DNA of 64,000 nucleotides, taken from contig CP066691.1 of NCBI GenBank assembly GCA_016432485.1, forward strand, positions 740,944-804,943, read 5' to 3'. Under the pieces are notes generated by a model. The model ran no database searches, was not told the origin of the DNA, and saw nothing but the letters and a program-made list of their open reading frames with translations. The translations under genes and the position numbers were made by a program. Positions 9,396 through 17,542 of the stretch are shown in pieces. The DNA comes from Candidatus Niyogibacteria bacterium. Its GTDB lineage: Bacteria; Patescibacteriota; Minisyncoccia; HO2-45-28. Within the stretch, counting starts at the first letter, position 1. Every line of letters starts with the position of its first letter.

Positions 9396-9881
9396 CTATT
9401 TTTTTAATTTTGTCCTAAATATTTTAACTTGCTCGAGGTCATGCTCAATTGGGCTGCGCGCCATTTCAATTTTTTCTCCCTCCATTTCATCTTCGGCGTT
9501 CTCTTCCAGGGCATCAAATTCCTTAAGGCTTTGTTCTAGCTCCTGCTGTCGTTGTGCAAGTAACTCATCGGCCTTAGTCGGATCAATATCAATGATAGAA
9601 ATTTCAGGGCTTGAATCGTAGTATTCCGCCATTGCATTATCATCGTAATCAAAATCAGCCGGGTCTATCTTCTCCGGTATTTTTGAACTGTCATAGAGTC
9701 CTTTTTTAATTTTTGGCGTTCCATCCGTATCAAATACTAGACTAGTAAGCAAACGCCTTCCTTCCGGAACTGTAGTATCTACTCCGAGTTGCTCCGATCG
9801 AAATTTTATTCCCCCATGAAATCTTCCCTCTTTTTGTTCTAACTTTGAACGAGAATCGGGGGCTTGCTCAGGATTTTCCAT
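9396..9881 (-). CDS. Acidic hypothetical protein
   Basis: 161-aa ORF; TG-less TATAAT upstream on the minus strand. Confidence 0.55.
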   Translation of the reverse strand: MENPEQAPDSRSKLEQKEGRFHGGIKFRSEQLGVDTTVPEGRRLLTSLVFDTDGTPKIKKGLYDSSKIPEKIDPADFDYDDNAMAEYYDSSPEISIIDIDPTKADELLAQRQQELEQSLKEFDALEENAEDEMEGEKIEMARSPIEHDLEQVKIFRTKLKK

Positions 9882-10025
9882 ATATTTATATTAAGTTAAA
9901 GTATTATAAATGTAAATCTTTCTTGTATAGTTCGAATCCCTTCAGGGTTCTTACATTTTACCACTTTCCCATTTTGAAATGTTGCGTAAAATAAGGGAAT
10001 TTTTACTGCTATTTTCTAAAACTAC

Positions 10026-10115
10026 TGGCGGAGACGGGAGGATTCGAACCTCCGGTACCCTTTCGGATACTCCGGTTTTCAAGACCGGTGCCTTCAACCG
10101 CTCAGCCACGTCTCC
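10026..10115 (-). tRNA. tRNA-Ser(TGA), CCA encoded
   Basis: GGAGACG/CGTCTCC acceptor; CCGGT-CTTGAAA-ACCGG; long variable arm; G73. Confidence 0.95.
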
Positions 10116-10119
10116 CTAT

Positions 10120-10401
10120 TTATTGCACAAGCAATTTTTGAAGTTCTGCGGGAAGGTTATTTTGGATGCCCTGCGTTTGGTTTAATGTTCCCAACAACCC
10201 TTGATATAAATTCAAAACGTTATTGAGATAGGGCTGTATCTGCCAGAAGCCAAGGATGGTCAGGGCAATTATAACGACCCATTTTGCCGTTTTCAAGGCC
10301 CTTTGCCAAAAAATCCTCCGTTCCATTTTTTTCACTATGCCGAGAACTTTTCGCGACAGCTCCAGGTTTTCCGTCAATAATTTTCGTTCGTCATCACCCA
10401 T
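10120..10401 (-). CDS. Small single-TM hypothetical protein
   Basis: ORF 'MGDDERKLLTENLEL...' with one TM helix. Confidence 0.6.
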   Translation of the reverse strand: MGDDERKLLTENLELSRKVLGIVKKMERRIFWQRALKTAKWVVIIALTILGFWQIQPYLNNVLNLYQGLLGTLNQTQGIQNNLPAELQKLLVQ

Positions 10402-10463
10402 TATTAGATTATAAAACAAAAGCCGGCCCCAAAAAAGAAGCCGGCTGGTTTCGCGCGTTTAGT

Positions 10464-10598
10464 TCAGTCGAAAGACTTTTTAACCGCTCTATATACTGTT
10501 ACCGATGCCGCAGAAACACATACCACAATCATAAATACTGAAAAAATAAAAATTACGTAAGTATTTTCCAAAAACCGTTTGAGATTCTTTTTGTTCAT
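10464..10598 (-). CDS. 44-aa membrane peptide (not in the ORF track)
   Basis: MNKKNLKRFLENTYVIFIFSVFMIVVCVSAASVTVYRAVKKSFD; SD ggaggt; upstream TTGACA...TAGACT promoter-like sequence. Confidence 0.5.
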   Translation of the reverse strand: MNKKNLKRFLENTYVIFIFSVFMIVVCVSAASVTVYRAVKKSFD

Positions 10599-10804
10599 TT
10601 GACCTCCCTACCCCCTCTCTTGATTGGAAATGTGCTACTCGGCTAACAGTCTAGCACTATGTTTAATGAATTGTCAAACGAAAACAGAAACTCTTTCGAG
10701 TTTTTGTTTTCAAAAAATTAAGATGAAAAAATTTCTTTTGCTCTCATTGATAAATCTTTTTCCTTTTCGCCAAAAAAAGCCCTTTCAAATCGTGAAGTTT
10801 CTAT

Positions 10805-11055
10805 TGGCGGAGGGGGTGGGATTCGAACCCACGCGAGGCTTTTTAGACCCCCACGGATTAGTCCCGCAAGAATGGCGGTGGGTAGAGGATTCGAACCTCT
10901 GTGGCGCTTTTTACACGCCCGTGGATTAGCAATCCACTGCTTTAAGCCGCTCAGCCAACCCACCGCCATTCCGACGGGATCCTCGAAAAATATATTCGCT
11001 TCACTCGTTATTTTTCGGGACAATCCGCTCCGTTAAACCGCTCCGGCACGCTTCC
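10805..11055 (-). tRNA. Interrupted outer tRNA-Ser (GCU if the 159-nt insert 10862-11020 is removed)
   Basis: 5' exon 11021-11055 (GGAAGCG, D arm, GCGGA-TTG); 3' exon 10805-10861 (CTAA-TCCGT, long variable arm, GTGGG-TTCGAAT-CCCAC, G73, CCA); two acceptor-stem mismatches. Confidence 0.75.
10873..10964 (-). tRNA. Complete inner tRNA-Ser(GCU), nested in the insert of the outer tRNA
   Basis: GGTGGGT/ACCCACC acceptor; GTGGA-TTGCTAA-TCCAC; long variable arm; AGAGG-TTCGAAT-CCTCT; G73-CCA. Confidence 0.93.
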
Positions 11056-11160
11056 AAGTTCTTTTGAATCATACAAAAATTATCGTTTGGCGGCAACTTT
11101 TTCTTACCTCGCAACCAGGTAGTGAAAATCCGACTAATTGATTTTGCTCGCGCCGGATTT

Positions 11161-11379
11161 TTATTTGTTTCTAAAGTCGGATTCTTTTAGTCCCGACTGA
11201 AGTAAAATTGACCGAAAAGTCCCATACGGAATTTGCTTTTTGGCCATTTTCACGATGACAGTTTTTGCTGGTGAATCAAGTTTACGAAACTTAGCATGCG
11301 CGCCTTTCTGCGAAACGAAAAAGAAGCCCTTAACTTTAAGAACTCTAATAATAATTCTTAAATCTACCGGTTTAGGCAT
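11161..11379 (-). CDS. hicA: HicA-family toxin
   Basis: 'LKVKGFFFVSQKGAHAKF...IPYGTFRSILLQSGL'. Confidence 0.85.
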   Translation of the reverse strand: MPKPVDLRIIIRVLKVKGFFFVSQKGAHAKFRKLDSPAKTVIVKMAKKQIPYGTFRSILLQSGLKESDFRNK

Positions 11380-11590
11380 GCTGGAGTTCCAGCGGAATTA
11401 TATCAGGTCGTTCCACACTAGATGCTTTGGAAAAAGGAATGTCTTCAAAATATAGTTCTAACGCTTCCCGCAAAGCTTCAAAAGCTTTTTTCCTGGTGTC
11501 GCCAAAGCTGGAAATTCCCGTATTTAGATTCCACGAAACATAATTTTTGCCTTCTTTCCAGATAACATTTTTTAAAATGATTTTACGCAT
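11372..11590 (-). CDS. hicB: Short HicB-family antitoxin
   Basis: 'SSFGDTRKKAFEALREALELYFE'; overlaps the hicA start. Confidence 0.85.
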   Translation of the reverse strand: MRKIILKNVIWKEGKNYVSWNLNTGISSFGDTRKKAFEALREALELYFEDIPFSKASSVERPDIIPLELQHA

Positions 11591-11657
11591 ACGATTATAT
11601 TCCCAATTATATAATAAAAGGAAAACAAGTCAAAGCCACAATGTATTCCGAAATTCA

Positions 11658-12341
11658 CTACCTGGCGACCGCCGCGCAGATTATTTTTTTAACTCCGGCT
11701 TTTTTTAAAACGCGGCCAGCTTCTGCCATTGTCGCGCCCGTAGTATAAATATCGTCCACTATGACGGCAAATTTCGGCGGAGAAAAGTTTTCTTTAAGCG
11801 CGAAAACCCCTTTAATATTTTCCAGGCGTTCGGCGCGGTTTTTAATTTCGGCCTGCGGTTTTGTTTCGCGGACTTTAATCAAAATAGGCGAGTGTTCAAG
11901 ATTTAAAATTCTTGCCAGATGGCAAGCCAAAAGTTCGGCCTGATTAAAACCGCGGGCTCTTTTTCTTCGCTCGGTCATTGGAATGGCGGCAATGATCGGC
12001 TTGAGATCGTATTTTAGATACGGTCTCAAGTCTTGAGCCATTATTTCAGCAAGCTCCTCGGCAATGTCGCTAGCCGATGAATATTTTAATTTACGCAAAG
12101 CCATTTTTATTGCCGGCTCGCGGTAAGAAAAAGAGGTCAAGGCGAAATCCATATTTTTCGGATAGAAAATGTCGGGATCGCGGATTTCCGTCAGGCATTT
12201 CAAACACAAGTACTTTCCTTTTGCGCCGCAGCTGAAACAGGAACGCGGGAATAGAATTTCTGCCAAAAAAGCCCAAATTTTATGGGGACTAAGGATGCGT
12301 TGCGCGCGTAATATTGATTTGTGGATAAACAATGGCATCAA
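11658..12341 (-). CDS. comF: ComF/ComFC competence protein (Zn ribbon plus PRTase)
   Basis: CxxC...CxxC, RGFNQA, IVDDIYTTGAT. Confidence 0.9.
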   Translation of the reverse strand: MMPLFIHKSILRAQRILSPHKIWAFLAEILFPRSCFSCGAKGKYLCLKCLTEIRDPDIFYPKNMDFALTSFSYREPAIKMALRKLKYSSASDIAEELAEIMAQDLRPYLKYDLKPIIAAIPMTERRKRARGFNQAELLACHLARILNLEHSPILIKVRETKPQAEIKNRAERLENIKGVFALKENFSPPKFAVIVDDIYTTGATMAEAGRVLKKAGVKKIICAAVAR

Positions 12342-12421
12342 TAGCGATTATCCTATGATATAATAAAGTAGGCAAAGCCCAGCAGAATTGGGGGTCGGAA
12401 TAATTTTGCCATTGGATATGC

Positions 12422-13558
12422 ATGTCCGCGATTTCATTTTTCAAGAATCTGTCATTGCCGTCAGGCTTTTGGCCCTGGAAAAAGGAGGGCGAGAGCGTTT
12501 TGGGTATTGATTTCGGCTCTTCTTCAATTAAATTAGTTGAGCTCCATAGACACCAAGAGCGGGCAAAGCTGATGACTTACGGAGAATTGGCGCTGGGTCC
12601 TTACGGCGGAACAGAAGTCGGAAGAGTCAGCAAGCTGGTTGAAATCAAGGCAAAAGAATCTTTGGAAGACCTGATGCGTGAAGCGTCCGCAAAATCCAAA
12701 GAAGCCATTGTCGGAATACCGGTGCGCTCAAGTTTCGTCACCATAATTGAAATGCCGCTGATGAGTGAAAAAGAAGTGGGCGAGGCTATAAAATTTGAGG
12801 CAAGACGCTACATTCCCGTTCCGCTTTCGGAGGTGATTCTTGATTGGTGGGTAATTCCCGAAACATTTGCCGTAAATCACGAGGGAGGAGATGACGAAGG
12901 TTTGGTTAAGAAAAAAAAGGTAATGTCAGTTCTTTTGGTCGCGATTCATAATGAAGTCGTTGAAAAATACAGGTCTTTTATGGCCGCGGCCGGAATCAAA
13001 ATAGCCGGATTTGAAATAGAAATATTCAGTGCTTCGCGTTCGTTAATCGGTAATGACTTGGCCCCCATGCTTTTGATGGATTTCGGCGCTTCATCAGTGA
13101 AGATGACCATAGTTGATTATGGAATCGTGCGGATGGTTTACGCTTATGAGCGCGGCGCGCAAGCCATAACCGATGCTATTTCGGGAGCGCTGAGCGTGGA
13201 TTTCGCCCGAGCCGAAGAAATGAAGCGCGCTATCGGCATATCGTCAAAACCGGAGCATCTGGAGCTTAAAAGCGTTATTGAGCCGATTTTGGACGCGTGT
13301 CTCGCGGAAGCCAGCCGTCTAATGGTTGATTACCGGCTTAAATCCGGCAGATCAGCAAGCAGGGCAGTGCTTTACGGCGGAGGCGCGATGCTGAAAGGAC
13401 TAGCGGACAAAGTAGCCGAACGCTTTGGTCTGGAAGTTTCAATAGGCCAGCCGTTTGGCCGTCTGGAATATCCTCTTTTGGTGCAGCCGGCGGTAAAAGA
13501 TGTCGGGCCGGCGTTTGCCACAGCCATCGGACTCGGTCTAAGGGGGTTACAGCAATAA
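12422..13558 (+). CDS. pilM: Type IV pilus assembly protein PilM
   Basis: GIDFGSSSIK, DFGAS, GGGA, 'TAIGLGLR' (actin-like fold). Confidence 0.9.
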   Translation: MSAISFFKNLSLPSGFWPWKKEGESVLGIDFGSSSIKLVELHRHQERAKLMTYGELALGPYGGTEVGRVSKLVEIKAKESLEDLMREASAKSKEAIVGIPVRSSFVTIIEMPLMSEKEVGEAIKFEARRYIPVPLSEVILDWWVIPETFAVNHEGGDDEGLVKKKKVMSVLLVAIHNEVVEKYRSFMAAAGIKIAGFEIEIFSASRSLIGNDLAPMLLMDFGASSVKMTIVDYGIVRMVYAYERGAQAITDAISGALSVDFARAEEMKRAIGISSKPEHLELKSVIEPILDACLAEASRLMVDYRLKSGRSASRAVLYGGGAMLKGLADKVAERFGLEVSIGQPFGRLEYPLLVQPAVKDVGPAFATAIGLGLRGLQQ

Positions 13559-13578
13559 TCAAGAAACAATAATCAAAC

Positions 13579-14136
13579 ATGGTTGATCAGACAACATTTA
13601 TTCCAAAAACCTCGGCGGTTAAATTGCCTTATCGGGCAAGAGGTTTGGGATGGCTTAGCGGTTTGTCTTTGATTTTTTTCATACTCTCATTACTTTTGTC
13701 TTTCGGCCTGTTTTTTTACCGAAGTTATCTTGAGGGTCAGATAAAAACCCTCGCGAATAATTTGCAAAAAGTTGAAAAAGAGTTTGAACCCGGGCTTATT
13801 ATTGAATTGCAAAAAACGGTCAAAACCATAAATTCAACCGGAGATTTGCTTAATAAGCACGTGGCTCTTTCGAGACTTTTTGATTTTTTGGAGGAGAATA
13901 CCATTTCAGACGCGCGTTTTTTTAATTTTTCTTATGATAAAAGCGGCGTGCAGATGTCCGGAACCGCGAGGTCTTACGCGGCGCTGGCTCAGCAATCCTT
14001 GGTTTTTGAGCAAAGCCGTCTGATTAAAAACGTTTCTTTTTCCAATTTTAATCTGGCCTCGGATGGTTTTGTTAATTTCAACGTTAAATTTACCGCCGAA
14101 CCCGAGCTTATTTTTTATCAAGCGTCAACAAATTAA
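13579..14136 (+). CDS. pilN: PilN-like protein
   Basis: TM, coiled coil, 'SGTARSYAALAQQ'; position after pilM. Confidence 0.75.
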   Translation: MVDQTTFIPKTSAVKLPYRARGLGWLSGLSLIFFILSLLLSFGLFFYRSYLEGQIKTLANNLQKVEKEFEPGLIIELQKTVKTINSTGDLLNKHVALSRLFDFLEENTISDARFFNFSYDKSGVQMSGTARSYAALAQQSLVFEQSRLIKNVSFSNFNLASDGFVNFNVKFTAEPELIFYQASTN

Positions 14137-14137
14137 G

Positions 14138-14641
14138 ATGCGTTTAGCCATTTCAATCATTTTATTGCTCGCGGCGCTCTCCCTGCTTTTTTTCTGGGGG
14201 AGAACTCTCTGGAACGATATACAGGTTCTTCGCGTTGAAAAAAGTTCTTACGAATCCGTAATTGCCCGCCTCAATACGCTGCGTAAAACCCGCGATAATC
14301 TTTTAGCAAGCTATAATGCCATTTCGGCTCAAGAGCTGAAAAAAATTAAAAATTTCTTGCCGGAAAACGCGAATCACGGTTTGTTCGTGGTGCAGATGTC
14401 TAATATGGCCAATGAAAGCGGGCTTTTGTTGAAGAATATAAATATCGCGGCGCGCGAAGAGCGGTCGTCTGAAGTGCCGGTGTCAATTTCCGTTTCCGGA
14501 AGCTACCAAAATTTTATTGGCTTTTTAAATCGTCTTGAACGCAGTTTGCGGCTGATTGACGTTGCTAAATTGTCCTTTACTGCCGGCCGCGACGGTTTCT
14601 ATGATTTCAATTTAGAAGCTAAAACTTATACTCAAAAATAA
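14138..14641 (+). CDS. pilO: PilO-like protein (ATG 14138 preferred over 14063)
   Basis: 'VSGSYQNFIGFLNRLERSLRLIDV'. Confidence 0.8.
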   Translation: MRLAISIILLLAALSLLFFWGRTLWNDIQVLRVEKSSYESVIARLNTLRKTRDNLLASYNAISAQELKKIKNFLPENANHGLFVVQMSNMANESGLLLKNINIAAREERSSEVPVSISVSGSYQNFIGFLNRLERSLRLIDVAKLSFTAGRDGFYDFNLEAKTYTQK

Positions 14642-14940
14642 TGTCAGGCAATTTGCGTTCAACAATATTAATAATCCTGATTGTGGCTGCCATTTTGGGT
14701 TCGGCCGTGATTTGGTACAGGTTTTTTACTTCCCGGCCGGTGGAGCCCGTAACCGGCGTTTCATTCAACAATATGGCGGTCGGTTCGCAAAGTTTGCTTA
14801 CGCTTCTGGAGTCTTTGGAGGGCCTCAAATTTGACTTAGGGATTCTTGATAATCCGCTTTATAAAAGTTTGCAGGATTTTACGCCGAATATCCAAGCGCC
14901 CGAACTGCGCGGACGCGCCAATCCCTTTGCTCCGTTATAA
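14641..14940 (+). CDS. Short pilus accessory protein (PilP-like)
   Basis: TM plus C-terminal 'GRANPFAP'; operon position. Confidence 0.55.
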   Translation: MSGNLRSTILIILIVAAILGSAVIWYRFFTSRPVEPVTGVSFNNMAVGSQSLLTLLESLEGLKFDLGILDNPLYKSLQDFTPNIQAPELRGRANPFAPL

Positions 14941-14958
14941 AAATAACTTTAAATAGAT

Positions 14959-16671
14959 ATGGTTGATGTTTCTTTTATTGACCGCCTGGCAGAATACGGA
15001 GTTTTAAGCCAGAGCGATGCTAATCAGATAAAAACAGATGCCGCGTCCGGACGGGCTGACGCGGAGTCTTTGCTCGCGGCTAAAAACGTGCCGCCGAAAG
15101 AAATCCTAAGAGCCAAAAGCGAAACTTATGGCGTGCCGGCCTATGAGCTTGAGGGCAGAAAAGTCCCTTTTGATGTTTTGAAATACATTCCCGAAGAATC
15201 GGCCCAGCATTATAGATTCGCGCCGCTTGACGTTAAAGACGGAGTTTTGGAAGTGGGGGTTTTGGACCCGGCGAATATCGAAGCCAGGGAGGCGTTGAAA
15301 TTCATAACTTCAAAAACCAATGTGCCCTTTAAAATTTACGCGATATCTCTGAAAGATTTAAATGAGATTCTGGAAGAATATAAAAGTCTGGGTGGCGAGG
15401 TGACCAAAGTTCTTTCGGAATTTGAAATTGCTTTGCAGGAAGAAAAGCCGGAGGTTTCGGCTAAAGAAATGATGAAAGAGGGGGGGTTTGTGGAAGAGGC
15501 GCCGGTTACCAAAATGGTCGCGGTGATAATAAAACACGCTACTGAAGGCCGGGCGTCGGACATTCATATTGAACCGGCAAAGGATAAGATCCGCGTCAGG
15601 TTCAGGGTGGACGGCATTCTTTATACGAGTTTATTGCTGCCGCTCAATATGCGTGAGGCCATTGTTTCCAGATTGAAAATAATGACCAATATGAAGCTTG
15701 ATGAGAAGCGAAAACCTCAAGACGGGCGCTTTTCGGCTAAAGTTGAGGGGAGGGAAATAGATTTCAGAGTTTCAACCTTGCCCACGGCTTTCGGGGAAAA
15801 AGTCGCCATACGAATATTGGATCCCGAAAGCGCCACTCTTGATTTGACAAAACTTGGCCTTGAGGGCCGCAATTTCTCGGTAATTGAGCATGCCTTGAAG
15901 GAGCCTTACGGCCTGATTCTTCTTACGGGGCCGACCGGCTCCGGCAAGACAACCACTCTTTATGCCATGCTTAAGACCATCAATAACGAGAAATACAACA
16001 TAATAAGCCTTGAAGACCCGATTGAATATAATATCGCCGGCGTTAACCAATCTCAGGTGCGGCCGGAGATAGGATATGATTTTTCTTCCGGCCTTCGTTC
16101 TATTTTGCGCCAAGATCCTGATATAATATTGGTAGGAGAGATTCGGGACAAAGAAACAGCCGGCCTTGCTATACACGCGGCGCTTACGGGACATTTGGTT
16201 TTATCAACTCTGCACACTAACAATGCCGTAGGCGCGATACCAAGATTGGTAGATATGGGGATAGATAGGTATCTGATAGCGCCGACATTGGTTGCGGTAA
16301 TAGCTCAAAGATTGACCCAGACTTTGTGTCCGGATTCGCGCCGTCCCATGAAAATAGCCGGCAATCTGAAAGAAAAAATAGAGGATGAATTGAAAGACGT
16401 TCCGGAGCCGACCAAAAGCACCATAAAAATGCCGAAAGAGATTTATGAAGCCCAACCGTCGGCAATGTGCCCCAAGGGAACAAGGGGGCGAATAGGAGTT
16501 TTTGAAGTTTTGGCCGCGAGTAAAGAGCTGGAAAAAGTTATTTTGACCGAACCAAGCACTGAAAATCTGGAACGTGAAGCTCGGCGCCAGGGAATGATTA
16601 CCATGCGCGAAGACGGGGTGCTTAAAGTGCTGAAAGGCCAGATAGGCATTGAGCAGTTGGCGCAATTATAA
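14959..16671 (+). CDS. pilB: Type IV pilus extension ATPase PilB/GspE
   Basis: ASDIHIEP, PQDGRF, GPTGSGKTT, LRQDPD, TGHLVLSTLH. Confidence 0.95.
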   Translation: MVDVSFIDRLAEYGVLSQSDANQIKTDAASGRADAESLLAAKNVPPKEILRAKSETYGVPAYELEGRKVPFDVLKYIPEESAQHYRFAPLDVKDGVLEVGVLDPANIEAREALKFITSKTNVPFKIYAISLKDLNEILEEYKSLGGEVTKVLSEFEIALQEEKPEVSAKEMMKEGGFVEEAPVTKMVAVIIKHATEGRASDIHIEPAKDKIRVRFRVDGILYTSLLLPLNMREAIVSRLKIMTNMKLDEKRKPQDGRFSAKVEGREIDFRVSTLPTAFGEKVAIRILDPESATLDLTKLGLEGRNFSVIEHALKEPYGLILLTGPTGSGKTTTLYAMLKTINNEKYNIISLEDPIEYNIAGVNQSQVRPEIGYDFSSGLRSILRQDPDIILVGEIRDKETAGLAIHAALTGHLVLSTLHTNNAVGAIPRLVDMGIDRYLIAPTLVAVIAQRLTQTLCPDSRRPMKIAGNLKEKIEDELKDVPEPTKSTIKMPKEIYEAQPSAMCPKGTRGRIGVFEVLAASKELEKVILTEPSTENLEREARRQGMITMREDGVLKVLKGQIGIEQLAQL

Positions 16672-16689
16672 CGCGAAACAAATACACGA

Positions 16690-17139
16690 ATGCGCACAAA
16701 TGATACGAATAAAAAAATAATGGGGTTCACCTTAATCGAGCTCGTGGTGGTCGTGGCCATAGCATTTTTTATTTTATCTCTTGTCTTTGTTTTAATGCGT
16801 GACGCCAAAACTCGTTCCCGAGATGCCAGGCGCGAAGAGGATGTCAAGCAAATTCAAAATTCTTTAGGCGTCTACCAGATTAATCGCCGTCAGTTTCCGT
16901 CTTGTTCTCTCGGCGTAATTAACGGCGCAAGCGATTGTTTGTCGCAAGCTCTTTTTGACGAAGGCGCTGTCGGCGCGGTCGCGATTGATCCTTTGGGCGG
17001 AGGCAGCGGCACGTGTCTGGCCGGAGGCTCTTATGTATATTGTTACGAATCCGGGGGGCTGGATTACACCTTGCATTATAATTTAGAAACTGATTCCATA
17101 CCCGGCAAATCGGCTGGTTGGCAGCAGGTTAAACCTTAA
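16690..17139 (+). CDS. Type IV pilin / pseudopilin
   Basis: GFTLIEL prepilin motif; 'RSRDARR'. Confidence 0.88.
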   Translation: MRTNDTNKKIMGFTLIELVVVVAIAFFILSLVFVLMRDAKTRSRDARREEDVKQIQNSLGVYQINRRQFPSCSLGVINGASDCLSQALFDEGAVGAVAIDPLGGGSGTCLAGGSYVYCYESGGLDYTLHYNLETDSIPGKSAGWQQVKP

Positions 17140-17151
17140 ATTCTAAGCATT

Positions 17152-17541
17152 ATGACTGATGAAATAAAGAAAAAAATACTTATTGTAGATGATGATGAAT
17201 TTTTACTGGATATGTACGCGATTAAATTCCGCGAATCGGGCTTTGAAATTGAAGTGACTATTTCCGGCCCCAGCGCTTTGGATAAAATAAAAAACGGATT
17301 TAGTCCCGACATCATACTTTTGGATATAGTTATGCCCGGAATGGACGGCTTTGAATTTTTAAAACAGCTGAAAAAAGAGAATCTTGCTCCGAGTGCTGAG
17401 GTGGTTATTTTGACCAATCTCGGCCAAAAAGAGGACGTGCAAAAAGGGCTGGCTATGGGCGCTAAGGATTATGTGATTAAAGCCCATCACACGCCGTCGG
17501 AAATAGTGGCCAAGGTTAAAAGCATCCTTTCAAATTTATAG
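17152..17541 (+). CDS. Single-domain response regulator (CheY-like)
   Basis: ILIVDDD, LLDIVMPGMDG, T, K. Confidence 0.92.
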   Translation: MTDEIKKKILIVDDDEFLLDMYAIKFRESGFEIEVTISGPSALDKIKNGFSPDIILLDIVMPGMDGFEFLKQLKKENLAPSAEVVILTNLGQKEDVQKGLAMGAKDYVIKAHHTPSEIVAKVKSILSNL

Positions 17542-17542
17542 T

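Noticed and set aside
9925-9950. Extra tRNA at gttcgaatccc
   Set aside because: Only a T-loop-like fragment; no cloverleaf
10862-11020. Group I/II intron or archaeal BHB intron in tRNA-Ser
   Set aside because: Only about 67 nt outside the inner tRNA, no ribozyme core, the insert ends in A not G, and no clear bulge-helix-bulge
10624-11023. ORFs 10624-10929 (+) and 10718-11023 (-), also 9979-10185
   Set aside because: They overlap tRNA genes and are translation artefacts
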